A DNA stretch of 64,000 nt from a virus: positions 1 to 64,000 of IMG/VR virus record IMGVR_UViG_3300025789_000028. One strand, 5' to 3'. Both the position numbers and the translations under genes were made by a program. Within the stretch, counting starts at the first letter, position 1. Each line of letters starts with the position of its first letter. The notes beneath the pieces are model-generated. The model was given only the letters and a program-made list of their open reading frames with translations. It was not told the DNA's origin and did not search any database. Below, one piece after another: positions 27,633-37,539 of this stretch.

Positions 27633-27656
27633 TCAACAACATGCCAAAACAATAAA

Positions 27657-27959
27657 ATGGTACATCAGATAGTCAATAATATTAGTCCTGAAACTATTGA
27701 AACACTAGTCATTCTACAAGAAGAATGTGCTGAGGTTATCGTAGAAATCAGTAAAGTCTTTAGATTTGGTCCTGACCAAATGATGGAAGGCAGTAATGAA
27801 ACTAATATGCAACGTTTAGAAAAAGAACTTGGTGATGTGTTAGCAATGTTAAAGTTGTTAACCGAACAAGAAGTCGGAGTAACTATGGAAGGCATGCAAA
27901 CAGGTGCTGAAAATAAGTTAGAAAAGTTGAAACGTTTTAGCAATATCAGGGTTAAATAA
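27657..27959 (+). CDS. MazG-like nucleotide pyrophosphohydrolase
   Basis: EECAEV...EKELGDV. Confidence 0.8.
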   Translation: MVHQIVNNISPETIETLVILQEECAEVIVEISKVFRFGPDQMMEGSNETNMQRLEKELGDVLAMLKLLTEQEVGVTMEGMQTGAENKLEKLKRFSNIRVK

Positions 27960-27963
27960 TTAT

Positions 27964-28338
27964 ATGGAATTGTATCTAGATTTATTCATTATGTTTTGTT
28001 TTGGCTTTTATATAGGTCAAAAAGTCTTTATCTACCAATTGCGTAACACTCTTAAACAAGAGGCTGCTAAATTGGGCATCGATTTAGAACAAGAAACCAC
28101 TGAAGAAGAATTAGAATCGTTGCCTCCCCGTTGCGTAATTGAAAAGCACGGTGATCAACTATATCTATACGACAAAGACACAAACGATTTTTATTGCCAA
28201 GCACGTAATCTAGAATCATTAGCAGAAGCATTATATAACAACCGCAAGATCGACCTTGCTCATGTGGTTAACAATAACGATAAGATGTGGTTTGTTAAAG
28301 GTAAGATTAGTCAATCGGTAGTAATCAATGAAGGTTAA
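27964..28338 (+). CDS. membrane-anchored hypothetical protein
   Basis: N-terminal TM. Confidence 0.75.
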   Translation: MELYLDLFIMFCFGFYIGQKVFIYQLRNTLKQEAAKLGIDLEQETTEEELESLPPRCVIEKHGDQLYLYDKDTNDFYCQARNLESLAEALYNNRKIDLAHVVNNNDKMWFVKGKISQSVVINEG

Positions 28339-28864
28339 TTTAGGCAAATTCCCTAAAACACAAGGGGCAAGAAAAATTGATATTGAGATTGAAAGTCATG
28401 ACACATGGAGTCTTGACCACAGTTTAGCATACATTATTCTTCCTGCACTTATTCAATTAAAAGAAACTAAACATGGAATCCCCGGCGAGTTTGCTGACGT
28501 AGGTGGAGAAGATTGGACTGACCAACAACCTCTTGACTTTTATAAAGAATCATATGCAGAAGCATTTGAAGAAGGATGTAAGCGTTGGGATGAAGTGTTA
28601 GATAAAATGATCTGGAGCTTTCAACAACTTGCATTGGAAGACTATGATCAACTTTATCATCATGGCAAGGTTGAACTTGATTGGGAAAAAACTGATAAAA
28701 CATTTCCTAATCCCGTAACAGGAGTTGATGAAGCTACGTATAGAATGGTAGATAAGAATCCCGATGAACATTGGTATGATAGTGTGGGTCATAAATTACA
28801 TGAAGAACGCATCCAAGAAGGCATTGATTTGTTTGCAAAATATTACCGCAGTCTTTGGGATTGA
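28328..28864 (+). CDS. conserved phage hypothetical protein
   Basis: DTWSLDH.LA.II.P.L; LFAKYY..LWD. Confidence 0.8.
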   Translation: MKVNLGKFPKTQGARKIDIEIESHDTWSLDHSLAYIILPALIQLKETKHGIPGEFADVGGEDWTDQQPLDFYKESYAEAFEEGCKRWDEVLDKMIWSFQQLALEDYDQLYHHGKVELDWEKTDKTFPNPVTGVDEATYRMVDKNPDEHWYDSVGHKLHEERIQEGIDLFAKYYRSLWD

Positions 28865-28865
28865 T

Positions 28866-29138
28866 ATGTTTAATACCATTGCTAAACAATTAGAATTACA
28901 GTCATTGGGTAAACATACTATTGATCAATCTGTTTCTACAGAAGAGTACGACCAATTTTGCAAAGAATACATCTTTGATATGCTTAAAGACAACGAAGAA
29001 ACGTTTGGTGAAGCGTTTTGTAAAAGATTTAATATACATAATTATGTACTAAGTACATTGCAAAGCAGAGAATCCGCAGATAAACACATAAAGAAATTTT
29101 ATATAAATGACACACGTAGTAACAGAAAATTGCATTAA
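28866..29138 (+). CDS. hypothetical protein
   Basis: Start MFNTIA; FGEAFCKRF. Confidence 0.7.
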   Translation: MFNTIAKQLELQSLGKHTIDQSVSTEEYDQFCKEYIFDMLKDNEETFGEAFCKRFNIHNYVLSTLQSRESADKHIKKFYINDTRSNRKLH

Positions 29139-29433
29139 ATGTAAGCACACTGATTGTGTTAAGGTTTGCCCTGTAGATTGTTTCTACGAGGGCCCCAACT
29201 TTTTAGCAATCAATCCAGACGAATGTATTGACTGTGGGGTGTGTATTCCCGAATGCCCCATTGATGCTATTGTAGTAGATAATGACAAGACTGTACCTAA
29301 TCTACAGTTTTGGATTGACTTGAATGGTGAATTAGCAAGTAAGTGGCCCAATATCACTAAGCAAAAGCCTCCATTGCCCGATGCGGCTGAGTGGAAAAAC
29401 AAGCCAAACAAAATTGATTTGCTAGAACGATGA
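29107..29433 (+). CDS. fdxA: 7Fe ferredoxin
   Basis: [17 protein letters not shown]; CIDCGVC.PECP. Confidence 0.95.
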   Translation: MTHVVTENCIKCKHTDCVKVCPVDCFYEGPNFLAINPDECIDCGVCIPECPIDAIVVDNDKTVPNLQFWIDLNGELASKWPNITKQKPPLPDAAEWKNKPNKIDLLER

Positions 29434-29918
29434 AACAAAAGTTTATTGACTACTTCATGAAGGTCGCAACTTTAACTAGTAATCTTAGTTATGCAAAGCG
29501 ACTTCAAGTAGGTGCTGTTATTGTTAAGGGTGATAAAATCTTGGCAACGGGCTACAATGGTATGCCTACTGGTTGGGAAAACAATTGCGAAGATACTCAA
29601 ACTACTTTTGATGAACGTGATACTTATAATTCCACAGACTGGAAGTATGATGAGATAAAGAAACAATACTATAGGTTAAAGACTAAACCAGAAGTATTGC
29701 ACGCCGAAAGTAACGCAATCGCTAAAGTGTCCAGGTCTACTGAAAGTAGCGAAGGAGCCACACTATTTTGCACTCATGCACCTTGTAGAGACTGTGCCAA
29801 ACTGATTTATCAAGCAGGCATATCCAAAGTCTATTACAAAGAAAAATACAGGGACGACAGAGGTCTAAACTTTTTGCGTTTAGGTGAGGTCGAAGTAATT
29901 GAGTACGACAAGTTATAA
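29430..29918 (+). CDS. dCMP deaminase
   Basis: VGAVI, GYNG, HAE.NAI, PC..C. Confidence 0.93.
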   Translation: MKQKFIDYFMKVATLTSNLSYAKRLQVGAVIVKGDKILATGYNGMPTGWENNCEDTQTTFDERDTYNSTDWKYDEIKKQYYRLKTKPEVLHAESNAIAKVSRSTESSEGATLFCTHAPCRDCAKLIYQAGISKVYYKEKYRDDRGLNFLRLGEVEVIEYDKL

Positions 29919-30096
29919 TACTTCAATTGAAATTCCTTGGGGGCACTTGCGTGAAATCATTGACTGGTGCGAAACCAATTGTGAATTAGATTGGCATTTT
30001 CAAGTAATCAATGCTGCAGGAACAACCCCGGGTAGATATTCTTTTATGTTTGATTCGGAAAAAGATTATGTTAATTTTTTGATTTGGAAGAAATAA
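29899..30096 (+). CDS. hypothetical protein
   Basis: WCE.NC..W..F.F..E.D..F.W pattern like 382-621. Confidence 0.7.
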   Translation: MSTTSYNTSIEIPWGHLREIIDWCETNCELDWHFQVINAAGTTPGRYSFMFDSEKDYVNFLIWKK

Positions 30097-30363
30097 ATGA
30101 AAACATTCATGTTTAAAAGAGAGTCAGACGACTTCAAGGATATATTGAATGACAAGAATGTTAAAAAGTACATAAAGACTAAGATATCTTTTTACCAACA
30201 TCTTATTATTCAAGTAGAAGAAAAAGATGTTACTAAGGTTGAAGCATATATCTTGTTAATGTACGGGGACGAGTTGCAAAACTTTAACAAACTCATCCCT
30301 GATCGTAGTCCAGTAATGTACAAAGATTACTGGCCTAATAAGCCTAAAAAGATTGTGCATTAA
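30097..30363 (+). CDS. hypothetical protein
   Basis: Abutting ORF. Confidence 0.7.
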   Translation: MKTFMFKRESDDFKDILNDKNVKKYIKTKISFYQHLIIQVEEKDVTKVEAYILLMYGDELQNFNKLIPDRSPVMYKDYWPNKPKKIVH

Positions 30364-30950
30364 AACCAGAGGAACAATCCTTGGCTTGCTAGTAATACGC
30401 CAATAGCCGCAACTACAAAACTACCCCAGAACATACTCATGCTAACTGCCAAGATACTAGCAGACAATATTACAATGCTTAATTGGAATGCTGTGCTTGC
30501 ATAACTAATCCATGGGCTACGAGTTTTGGCATCATTACGTGCATCTTCTAATTTATGAGCCTTAGCCAATAATTCTTTTTTACCTTCACCAGTTGCAGGA
30601 TCGCTTTCATAACGTTGAATCTTTGCTTGCAACTTTTCAATCTTTGCTGTATCTTTACGTAGAACTGCATCATCCAAACTTTGTTCTGCTAGTGTTTGCT
30701 TGATTGATTTTGCTTGATAGAAACTATAAGTGTCGCTGGCTTGAATAGTATTAGTCAATACAGTACCGCTTAATTTACCAGCATACCATGAATTTAGTGC
30801 AAGCAACAATGCAAATACGTTAATTACCATACCAGCTTTGTCTTTAATCTTTGCTTCACGTTCACTACGACTGCCCGGTGCAGGTTTAGGTGCGCTAGGG
30901 TCTTTAGGTTGTTTTGTAATTAAGTTTAGTACTGAGTCTAATAACGCCAT
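30360..30950 (-). CDS. DUF4337-like membrane protein
   Basis: FYQAKSIKQ, TM-coiled coil-2TM; AGGAG RBS. Confidence 0.75.
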   Translation of the reverse strand: MALLDSVLNLITKQPKDPSAPKPAPGSRSEREAKIKDKAGMVINVFALLLALNSWYAGKLSGTVLTNTIQASDTYSFYQAKSIKQTLAEQSLDDAVLRKDTAKIEKLQAKIQRYESDPATGEGKKELLAKAHKLEDARNDAKTRSPWISYASTAFQLSIVILSASILAVSMSMFWGSFVVAAIGVLLASQGLFLWF

Positions 30951-31031
30951 GATGTTCTCCTAATATTGTTGTTATTTTGTATTTATGCTTGACACCGTCA
31001 TTAACATCTGCTATAATGATAAATATAAACT

Positions 31032-31586
31032 ATGAAGATAACTGAAGTATTAATGGAAGAAACTACCAACAAAAAGCCACACTTGTACCTAGACATGGAT
31101 GGTGTGCAAGCCGATTTTTTTGGGCGTTGGGCTGAGATTGAGGGTGTGCCTCATTACTCACATATCAATGACCACGAAGCAGCCATTGGTAGACTTGCCA
31201 AAGCAGGGCCCGAAAAAGTATATGACTTCTTTAAAAACTTAGAACCACTACAAGGTGGACTAAAAATCATTAGCTGGTTGCATCAACATCATATTCCTTT
31301 TACTGTGTTAAGCGCACCATTAAGAATGGAAGGTGCAGCAAGCATCAAGGGCAAACGTGAATGGTTGGACAAATACAATCCGGGCACTAGTGGAAATGCA
31401 ATTTTTACATCAGCCAAATACAAATATGCTACTGACAAAGACGGAAACCCCAATGTGTTAGTAGACGATTACGGCAAATATCTTAATGCCTGGCGTGATC
31501 ATGGTGGTATTGCTATCAAGCATGAAGATGGTAATACCGAACATACTATCCGTGAATTAGAAAAGATTTACCTAAAAGATAAATAA
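31032..31586 (+). CDS. HAD 5'(3')-deoxyribonucleotidase-like
   Basis: DMDGV, LSAP, K..W, LVDD. Confidence 0.85.
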   Translation: MKITEVLMEETTNKKPHLYLDMDGVQADFFGRWAEIEGVPHYSHINDHEAAIGRLAKAGPEKVYDFFKNLEPLQGGLKIISWLHQHHIPFTVLSAPLRMEGAASIKGKREWLDKYNPGTSGNAIFTSAKYKYATDKDGNPNVLVDDYGKYLNAWRDHGGIAIKHEDGNTEHTIRELEKIYLKDK

Positions 31587-31590
31587 TAGT

Positions 31591-32037
31591 ATGAGTAATA
31601 TACAACAATTAATGGAAAGTTTGGATCGTCTTAGTGACGAAGCCACATTGGCTATTCAACTACACGACAGTTTTGATATTGAACTGGGCGAACATTTTGT
31701 TATTGAAACAGGTGTTGTAGGATTTACTGATGACGGTATCATCTTAGAATCTGACGATGATATGCTAGAATACTTGTCATTGCATGACATGCTCACAGAA
31801 GCAGAATATCAGGGACGCAAAGTTCCATTAGGCAAGCCTATGCAAGGCGATGTCAAAAAGAGCAAAGTATATGTGCGCAAGCCAAATGGCAAAGTAGTCA
31901 AAGTTAACTTTGGCGACAAGAACATGCGTATCAAAAAGAACAGTCCGGGCCATCGTAAATCATTTCGTGCCCGTCATCACTGTGAAAATCCCGGGCCACG
32001 TTGGAAGGCACGTTATTGGTCATGCCGCGCTTGGTGA
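31591..32037 (+). CDS. conserved T4-like late protein, probable head component
   Basis: Acidic N-half, LTE|AEY, basic VNFG..RKSFRARH.C..YWSC..W. Confidence 0.7.
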   Translation: MSNIQQLMESLDRLSDEATLAIQLHDSFDIELGEHFVIETGVVGFTDDGIILESDDDMLEYLSLHDMLTEAEYQGRKVPLGKPMQGDVKKSKVYVRKPNGKVVKVNFGDKNMRIKKNSPGHRKSFRARHHCENPGPRWKARYWSCRAW

Positions 32038-32090
32038 TCAGTTTACCCGTTATCATTGACCTTAGTCACCACACTCTATAAAATATAAGC

Positions 32091-32273
32091 ATGGCAACTA
32101 AACCAGGTCAAGATCAAACACGCTACGAAGTTATTACCCAAGAAGATAATGAATCGGGGGATATGATTATCCCTCTTCCCATGGTCCTATTAGAACAATT
32201 AGGCTGGAAAGAAGGCGATAACTTAGAGATCGGTTTTGACAAAGACGGCCAAATTTTCTTAAAAAAGGGATAA
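32091..32273 (+). CDS. AbrB/MazE-like protein
   Basis: IPLP..LL..LGWKEGD.L. Confidence 0.75.
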   Translation: MATKPGQDQTRYEVITQEDNESGDMIIPLPMVLLEQLGWKEGDNLEIGFDKDGQIFLKKG

Positions 32274-32277
32274 CAAA

Positions 32278-32880
32278 ATGAACGACAACGATACAATTAC
32301 AATTACCTCGGCCTTATCAGCGGATGACCTATATGGATCAACAGGCGCTATGGGTGCTACTGTTAGTGTGACAGATCACTGGGGTTATGGTAACTTAACA
32401 AGTCTTACTCCTGCAAGTATTCCTCCCCTTACTACACAATCAATTGCAAGTTTGTCTACTACATTAGGAAATGTGTCCAATGTTACCGGTGGGTTAACTG
32501 CTAGTACAACTGTAACCGGGGCATCACCCTATTATTATGGTAATTTGTCTAACGTAGGTCAATCAGGACAAGTTCTTACGACAAATGGTACTGGTAACTA
32601 TGGTTGGAACTATGCTAATGTAACATTAAACCCAAACACATACTTAAACGGACATTCACTAAAGGTAGCTGGCAATGCTGACTTTGATGGTGATGTAACT
32701 GTCAAGGGTAAAAGTTTAATGCAGACATTAGAAAAGATTGAACAAAAATTAGCAATCTTTAAACAGAATCCTGAACTTGAAGAAAAGTGGGATGAATTGC
32801 GTGAACTTGCAGAAAAATACAAGGCACTAGAAAAAGACATCATTGAAAAGGAAAAGATGTGGGATATACTAAAGAAATGA
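32278..32880 (+). CDS. low-complexity protein with C-terminal coiled coil
   Basis: Thr/Gly-rich N-part; LEKIEQKL..LEEKW. Confidence 0.75.
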   Translation: MNDNDTITITSALSADDLYGSTGAMGATVSVTDHWGYGNLTSLTPASIPPLTTQSIASLSTTLGNVSNVTGGLTASTTVTGASPYYYGNLSNVGQSGQVLTTNGTGNYGWNYANVTLNPNTYLNGHSLKVAGNADFDGDVTVKGKSLMQTLEKIEQKLAIFKQNPELEEKWDELRELAEKYKALEKDIIEKEKMWDILKK

Positions 32881-32896
32881 TTGAGCAATAAGTTAT

Positions 32897-33112
32897 ATGG
32901 CTAAAGAAACAGGTATTAAAATAGAAGGGCAGGTAGTTGACGTTCAAAGGAACGCCGTCTTTACTGTGAAACTAGATACAGGGCATACTGTGATAGGACA
33001 TGTTTCTGGCAAAATGCGTCAGCACGAAATTCGCATATTGTTAGGCGACAAAGTAGAAATGGAAATGAGTCCTTACGACATGAGTAAGGGCAGAATCGTA
33101 AGAAGAAAATAA
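32897..33112 (+). CDS. infA: translation initiation factor IF-1
   Basis: MAKE..I.IEG.V..N..F.V.L..GH...HVSGKMR...IRIL.GD.V..EMSPYD..KGRI. Confidence 0.95.
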   Translation: MAKETGIKIEGQVVDVQRNAVFTVKLDTGHTVIGHVSGKMRQHEIRILLGDKVEMEMSPYDMSKGRIVRRK

Positions 33113-33762
33113 TGGAATTAATTAAACCATTTGGTCCTGAAATAGGACATACTCAAATTAGTGACGAAGACAACAATACTCTACTAGAGATAATTGAAAA
33201 AAATAAAGATGACCCGACGAAAAGGACCACCAATCTAGTATCAGGGTACATTGATTGGGTATTCACAATTAGAGATTCACTACCCCCTAAATTTGTAAAC
33301 ACTATTGCAAAATTAGTCGCAGAATATGCTAATAATGCTACATCATTGTATTCGCCGGATATACGAATAAATTCTCAAGAATTAACTTGTGTCTCCGCTT
33401 GGTGCAACATACAAGAATCAAGTGAATTTCACCTCATACATACTCATCCCATTAATGATTTAGTTTGTGTTATATACCCCAAAGTAGATATCCCTCACAA
33501 AAAATCAATATATGATGAGGCTCTTGGGTCTGATGTTCTTAAGCCTGGCAGCATTGTGTTTCAACACGGTGCGACAGTAAACAATTTTGGTTCTAGTATG
33601 CATACTGTTTTTCCTAAAACAAAGGATGTTTACATATTCCCTTCTGACATGCCACATTATACTATTCCGGTATGGGATGAAAATTATTCTAGACTTTCTG
33701 TGAGTTTTAATTTTGTATTCAATGACCTATTTTATCAAAGAAGAAAACTTCACGGGTATTGA
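33112..33762 (+). CDS. 2OG-Fe(II) oxygenase-like
   Basis: AWCN, HTH, IFPS..PH, R.SVSFN. Confidence 0.75.
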   Translation: MELIKPFGPEIGHTQISDEDNNTLLEIIEKNKDDPTKRTTNLVSGYIDWVFTIRDSLPPKFVNTIAKLVAEYANNATSLYSPDIRINSQELTCVSAWCNIQESSEFHLIHTHPINDLVCVIYPKVDIPHKKSIYDEALGSDVLKPGSIVFQHGATVNNFGSSMHTVFPKTKDVYIFPSDMPHYTIPVWDENYSRLSVSFNFVFNDLFYQRRKLHGY

Positions 33763-34388
33763 TAATGCAATTTGTTGATGGCTTAATGGGCAACGATCCT
33801 GACACGGGTCTATATAATTCTAATGGACATAGATGCAAAGAGTTGTCAGAATTAAACCTACAAAATTATATATTGTTTGTAGGTGATAACGCTAATCTTG
33901 CACTAGACTTACCCATTGAAAAAACATATCCATATCTGATAGCAAATGAACTAAAATCTGACTATTACAATCTCAGCGTATTCAATGGTGGCATGGACAG
34001 TATACGATATAACTTAGTATCTTGGTATTTTAAGTTTAAACAACGACCCAAAGCAATTATTGCAGGATGTGAATTTTTAAATTCAATAATAGTTAGTGAT
34101 ACTGATAACACCTATTTTAAATCAGCAGACTACAATGATGATGCAATCCAAGAACTATCTCATAACGGAAATATATGTGGATTTTTTAACGGAAGAAACG
34201 AACTAGCAAACAATATCTTTTATCACTTGATATACACACCGATTTATCAAATTAGGTTTAAAGAAAAACTACCAATTTTTACCTCTGAAAAAGTTATTGA
34301 TATTAAATGTGAATTTAATGATCAAGTTGGCATAGCAACATCTATTTCAAACGAAATAAAAAAACGTTCAACACAAGCAAGACCATAA
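33759..34388 (+). CDS. degenerate SGNH-like protein
   Basis: YNSNGHR, FVGDN, YYNL; paralogue of next gene lacking GCS. Confidence 0.5.
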   Translation: MIMQFVDGLMGNDPDTGLYNSNGHRCKELSELNLQNYILFVGDNANLALDLPIEKTYPYLIANELKSDYYNLSVFNGGMDSIRYNLVSWYFKFKQRPKAIIAGCEFLNSIIVSDTDNTYFKSADYNDDAIQELSHNGNICGFFNGRNELANNIFYHLIYTPIYQIRFKEKLPIFTSEKVIDIKCEFNDQVGIATSISNEIKKRSTQARP

Positions 34389-35131
34389 TGCAATTTAATA
34401 AAAATTTTATAGGTAATCCTTGGCCCAATAAAATTATGAATTTTTTGTGGGGTACTGATAGTCAAGAACTGTATTTAAAAAATGCAGAGACTCAACCAAC
34501 CGACTGGTATTACAGGGATCGTGAACTTATATATTCTTATAATGAATATGGACATCGAAGTAAAAACATAAGTGATATAGATTTAGACAATTACATATTA
34601 TTTACCGGATGTAGTCATACCGAAGGTGTAGGTTTAGAATTAGAAAAAACTTACCCCTATCAAGTGGCACAAAAGTTAGGGTGCGATTATTATAATCTTG
34701 GATTAGGTGGCACTGGCATAGATGTAGTTGAGCATAATTTAATACAATGGTTTTTAACTGTGCAAAAGAAACCTAAACACTTGTTTATTCAATGGCCTGA
34801 TCATAGTAGATTTATATCTCAAAATAACAATCCTAGATATACCAATCTAGTAGAAGAAGGAACTTGGGCCAAACCTAATAGTGAAACTTTTAGATTTATC
34901 GTCGGTGCTGAGGAATCTGGATTTAATTTTGCTAGAAAAGAATTATACAAACGTCTTATATTAGAAATAGCTAACTGCCCTGTAACAACAGTGGGGGCAT
35001 CATCCAACATGCCATATGATTCGTCTAGTATCTACTTATTTCAAAAAGATTTAGCCAGAGACTTATCACATTTTGGTAATATATCTCATCGTGCATTAGC
35101 AGATGATATTTTGAGTTCTATTATTGTATAA
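34388..35131 (+). CDS. SGNH/GDSL hydrolase-like
   Basis: GCSHTEG, NLGLGG, D..HFG. Confidence 0.65.
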   Translation: MQFNKNFIGNPWPNKIMNFLWGTDSQELYLKNAETQPTDWYYRDRELIYSYNEYGHRSKNISDIDLDNYILFTGCSHTEGVGLELEKTYPYQVAQKLGCDYYNLGLGGTGIDVVEHNLIQWFLTVQKKPKHLFIQWPDHSRFISQNNNPRYTNLVEEGTWAKPNSETFRFIVGAEESGFNFARKELYKRLILEIANCPVTTVGASSNMPYDSSSIYLFQKDLARDLSHFGNISHRALADDILSSIIV

Positions 35132-35138
35132 ATACAAT

Positions 35139-35693
35139 ATGCGTGATATTATTACATTACTTGAGGAAAAAGCTAAGCCTCAAGACATAGAAATCATCCC
35201 ACTCAATTTCACACCCAATGAAGTTGAACCCATAATGGGCAAGGATACCCTTGAATTGCACTATGACAAACTTGCTAAGGGCTACGCAAAACGATTTAAC
35301 GACAAAGAGGGTGATCCTACATTCAACTATGCAGGAGCATTTTTACATAACATGTGGTTCCCACAGTTCCGTGAAGTTCGTACTAATAATAAACCAAACG
35401 GCCCTATGTTAGGTTTTATCAACAAACATTTCAAGAGTTACGACCAATTCAAAAATGAGTTTGAAACTCTAGCAATGACAATTCAAGGCTCAGGTTGGGT
35501 CTATCTAGCATATGATGGTAAACTAAAAACTATCAAAAACCATGAAGTACGTGATGACATACTATTGCTTGTAGACTGGTGGGAACATGCCTGGATATTA
35601 GACTACGGCAGTGATAAGAAAAAGTATCTAAAAGAACTTTGGAAGATTATTAATTGGAACGTTATTAACACACGATGGGGTAAAAGTTTATGA
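35139..35693 (+). CDS. sod: Fe/Mn superoxide dismutase
   Basis: LHY, LHNMW, GSGW, DWWEHAW: metal ligands retained. Confidence 0.9.
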   Translation: MRDIITLLEEKAKPQDIEIIPLNFTPNEVEPIMGKDTLELHYDKLAKGYAKRFNDKEGDPTFNYAGAFLHNMWFPQFREVRTNNKPNGPMLGFINKHFKSYDQFKNEFETLAMTIQGSGWVYLAYDGKLKTIKNHEVRDDILLLVDWWEHAWILDYGSDKKKYLKELWKIINWNVINTRWGKSL

Positions 35694-36013
35694 TTACAGT
35701 AACCGAATCAGCACAAGAAAAAATTAAACAAGTTTTGTCAGAGGAAGGCCCTACAGCCAAACTACGAATGTTCATTCAAGGTGGCGGATGCGCTGGCTTT
35801 AGTTATGGATTTGCAATTGAAGACGATCAAAACGATGATGATTTTGTAGTTCCTGCAGGCCCGTCAACTATTTTAATAGATGCAATGTCTATTGAATATC
35901 TAAGAGGTGCAACCGTAGACTTTAAAGATGACCTAGAAGGTTCACGTTTCGCAATTGTTAATCCTCAGGCGACAAGCACATGCGGATGTGGCTCAAGTTT
36001 CTCAGCTGGATAA
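35690..36013 (+). CDS. erpA: A-type Fe-S carrier ErpA/IscA
   Basis: GGGCAGFSY, NP..TCGCGSSF. Confidence 0.9.
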   Translation: MITVTESAQEKIKQVLSEEGPTAKLRMFIQGGGCAGFSYGFAIEDDQNDDDFVVPAGPSTILIDAMSIEYLRGATVDFKDDLEGSRFAIVNPQATSTCGCGSSFSAG

Positions 36014-36381
36014 TACTTGTATTGGCATTTAATAGTGCCTATGCTCAGTCACGTTCTTGGACTGATGAAGAAATATTATGGGGCGCGGCTGCAGGTTCTG
36101 CTCTAGTAATTGATTATAGCCAAACAACATGGGCTGCAAAACATAATTGGGGTCCAACTGCGCAACACCATAATGGTATTCATGAAAATAACTTTTTATT
36201 AGGAAAAAGTCCGTCAACTGCCAAAGTTAATAATTATTTTGCAACAGTTACTCCATTATTATTCTTTGCGGCAGACCGTTGTCCAGAGTATCGTAAGCCA
36301 ATTTTAATAGCAATAACTGTGCTAGAAAGCGTAGTTATTGTTAACAACAACATAAATGTGGGAATGCAATTTAGTTTCTGA
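35980..36381 (+). CDS. secreted/membrane protein
   Basis: Signal-like AYA; hydrophobic segments; terminal F. Confidence 0.65.
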   Translation: MRMWLKFLSWIILVLAFNSAYAQSRSWTDEEILWGAAAGSALVIDYSQTTWAAKHNWGPTAQHHNGIHENNFLLGKSPSTAKVNNYFATVTPLLFFAADRCPEYRKPILIAITVLESVVIVNNNINVGMQFSF

Positions 36382-36408
36382 CTGATAAATACAGTATAAG
36401 GGCTAAAA

Positions 36409-37515
36409 ATGAGCATACCAAATCAACAGAACATTAATATTGGGCTTCCAAACGAATCTATCGGAAGCGATTCATTATTCACGGCATTTACAAAAACACA
36501 AGACAACTTCAGTCAGTTATTTTCTTGTGCTAGTCCATACGTATCATTCATAGGTAACACCGGCATCAATACCAGTGCTAATGTTAGCAACGGATCAATT
36601 ACTATTACTAACACCGGTGTCACAGAATTAGTTGCTGGTACAGGGGTTACATTGTCAGGAAACACCGGGGTCGTTACTATTTCTAGTAGCGGTGGTGGTA
36701 ATGGCGGCGGCGGAACCGTAACAAGCATAGCTGTAATTCCAGTGTCAAACACACGACTAACTGTGTCAGGAAGTCCTATCGTATCAGAAGGCAATATATA
36801 TGTAGATTTAGCGACAAGCAATGTTAGTGCTGGTACATATACAAATCCAACAGTTACAGTAGATGCATATGGAAGAATCACTAGTGCTTCAAACAACACA
36901 GTATCAGGTACTGTTACGAGCATTGGATTGACTCCTGGACCGGGCATACAAATCAACGGTGGACCAATCACAAGCAATGGTAACATTACTGTTACTAACA
37001 CAGGTGTTACAAGATTAAATCAAGGTCCTGGTATTGCATTGTCAGGTGGCAACGGTAACGTTACTATTAGTGCAACTACATTAGGTGGAACAGTAACAGG
37101 TGTAAGCGTAGCAAGTAACGCATTAGTGGTTACAGGAAGTCCAGTAACTACATCAGGTACTATCACAGTTGATTTGCCAGCAAATGTTCCTGTGACAGGA
37201 CAACTATTACTAAGTGGTAGTGATAATTTAGGTAACGGTGCTGCCGCAAACTTAAATGTAACAGCAAGTTATTTCTCAACATCAGGTGGTCCTTATACAG
37301 CAACATTAGCCGCAGGTACAACAGGACAAATCAAAACATTTATGTGTGCAAGTCATGCGTTGGGATATGACATGGTAATCACAGTTACTAACGCAGGATG
37401 GAAATCAAGCGGTACCGGAACAATCACATTTACTGCTACAGGACAAGGATGCACTCTTCAATATATTAATAGTAAGTGGTTCTGTATTGGCAACAACGGC
37501 ACAACATTCGCATAA
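36409..37515 (+). CDS. fibre-like structural protein with gp9/gp10-like N-terminus
   Basis: INIG..N..G.DSL..AF.K..NF..L; GTVTS repeats; TVDAYGRIT. Confidence 0.75.
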   Translation: MSIPNQQNINIGLPNESIGSDSLFTAFTKTQDNFSQLFSCASPYVSFIGNTGINTSANVSNGSITITNTGVTELVAGTGVTLSGNTGVVTISSSGGGNGGGGTVTSIAVIPVSNTRLTVSGSPIVSEGNIYVDLATSNVSAGTYTNPTVTVDAYGRITSASNNTVSGTVTSIGLTPGPGIQINGGPITSNGNITVTNTGVTRLNQGPGIALSGGNGNVTISATTLGGTVTGVSVASNALVVTGSPVTTSGTITVDLPANVPVTGQLLLSGSDNLGNGAAANLNVTASYFSTSGGPYTATLAAGTTGQIKTFMCASHALGYDMVITVTNAGWKSSGTGTITFTATGQGCTLQYINSKWFCIGNNGTTFA

Positions 37516-37539
37516 TAAGAATAATAGGAATTATAGACC

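Noticed and set aside
16170-36013. Cellular chromosome origin suggested by clpXP, rpsU, infA, sod, erpA
   Set aside because: Genes lack bacterial operon context and are interspersed with phage-type hypotheticals, an ATP-dependent ligase, T4-like late boxes and fibre genes.
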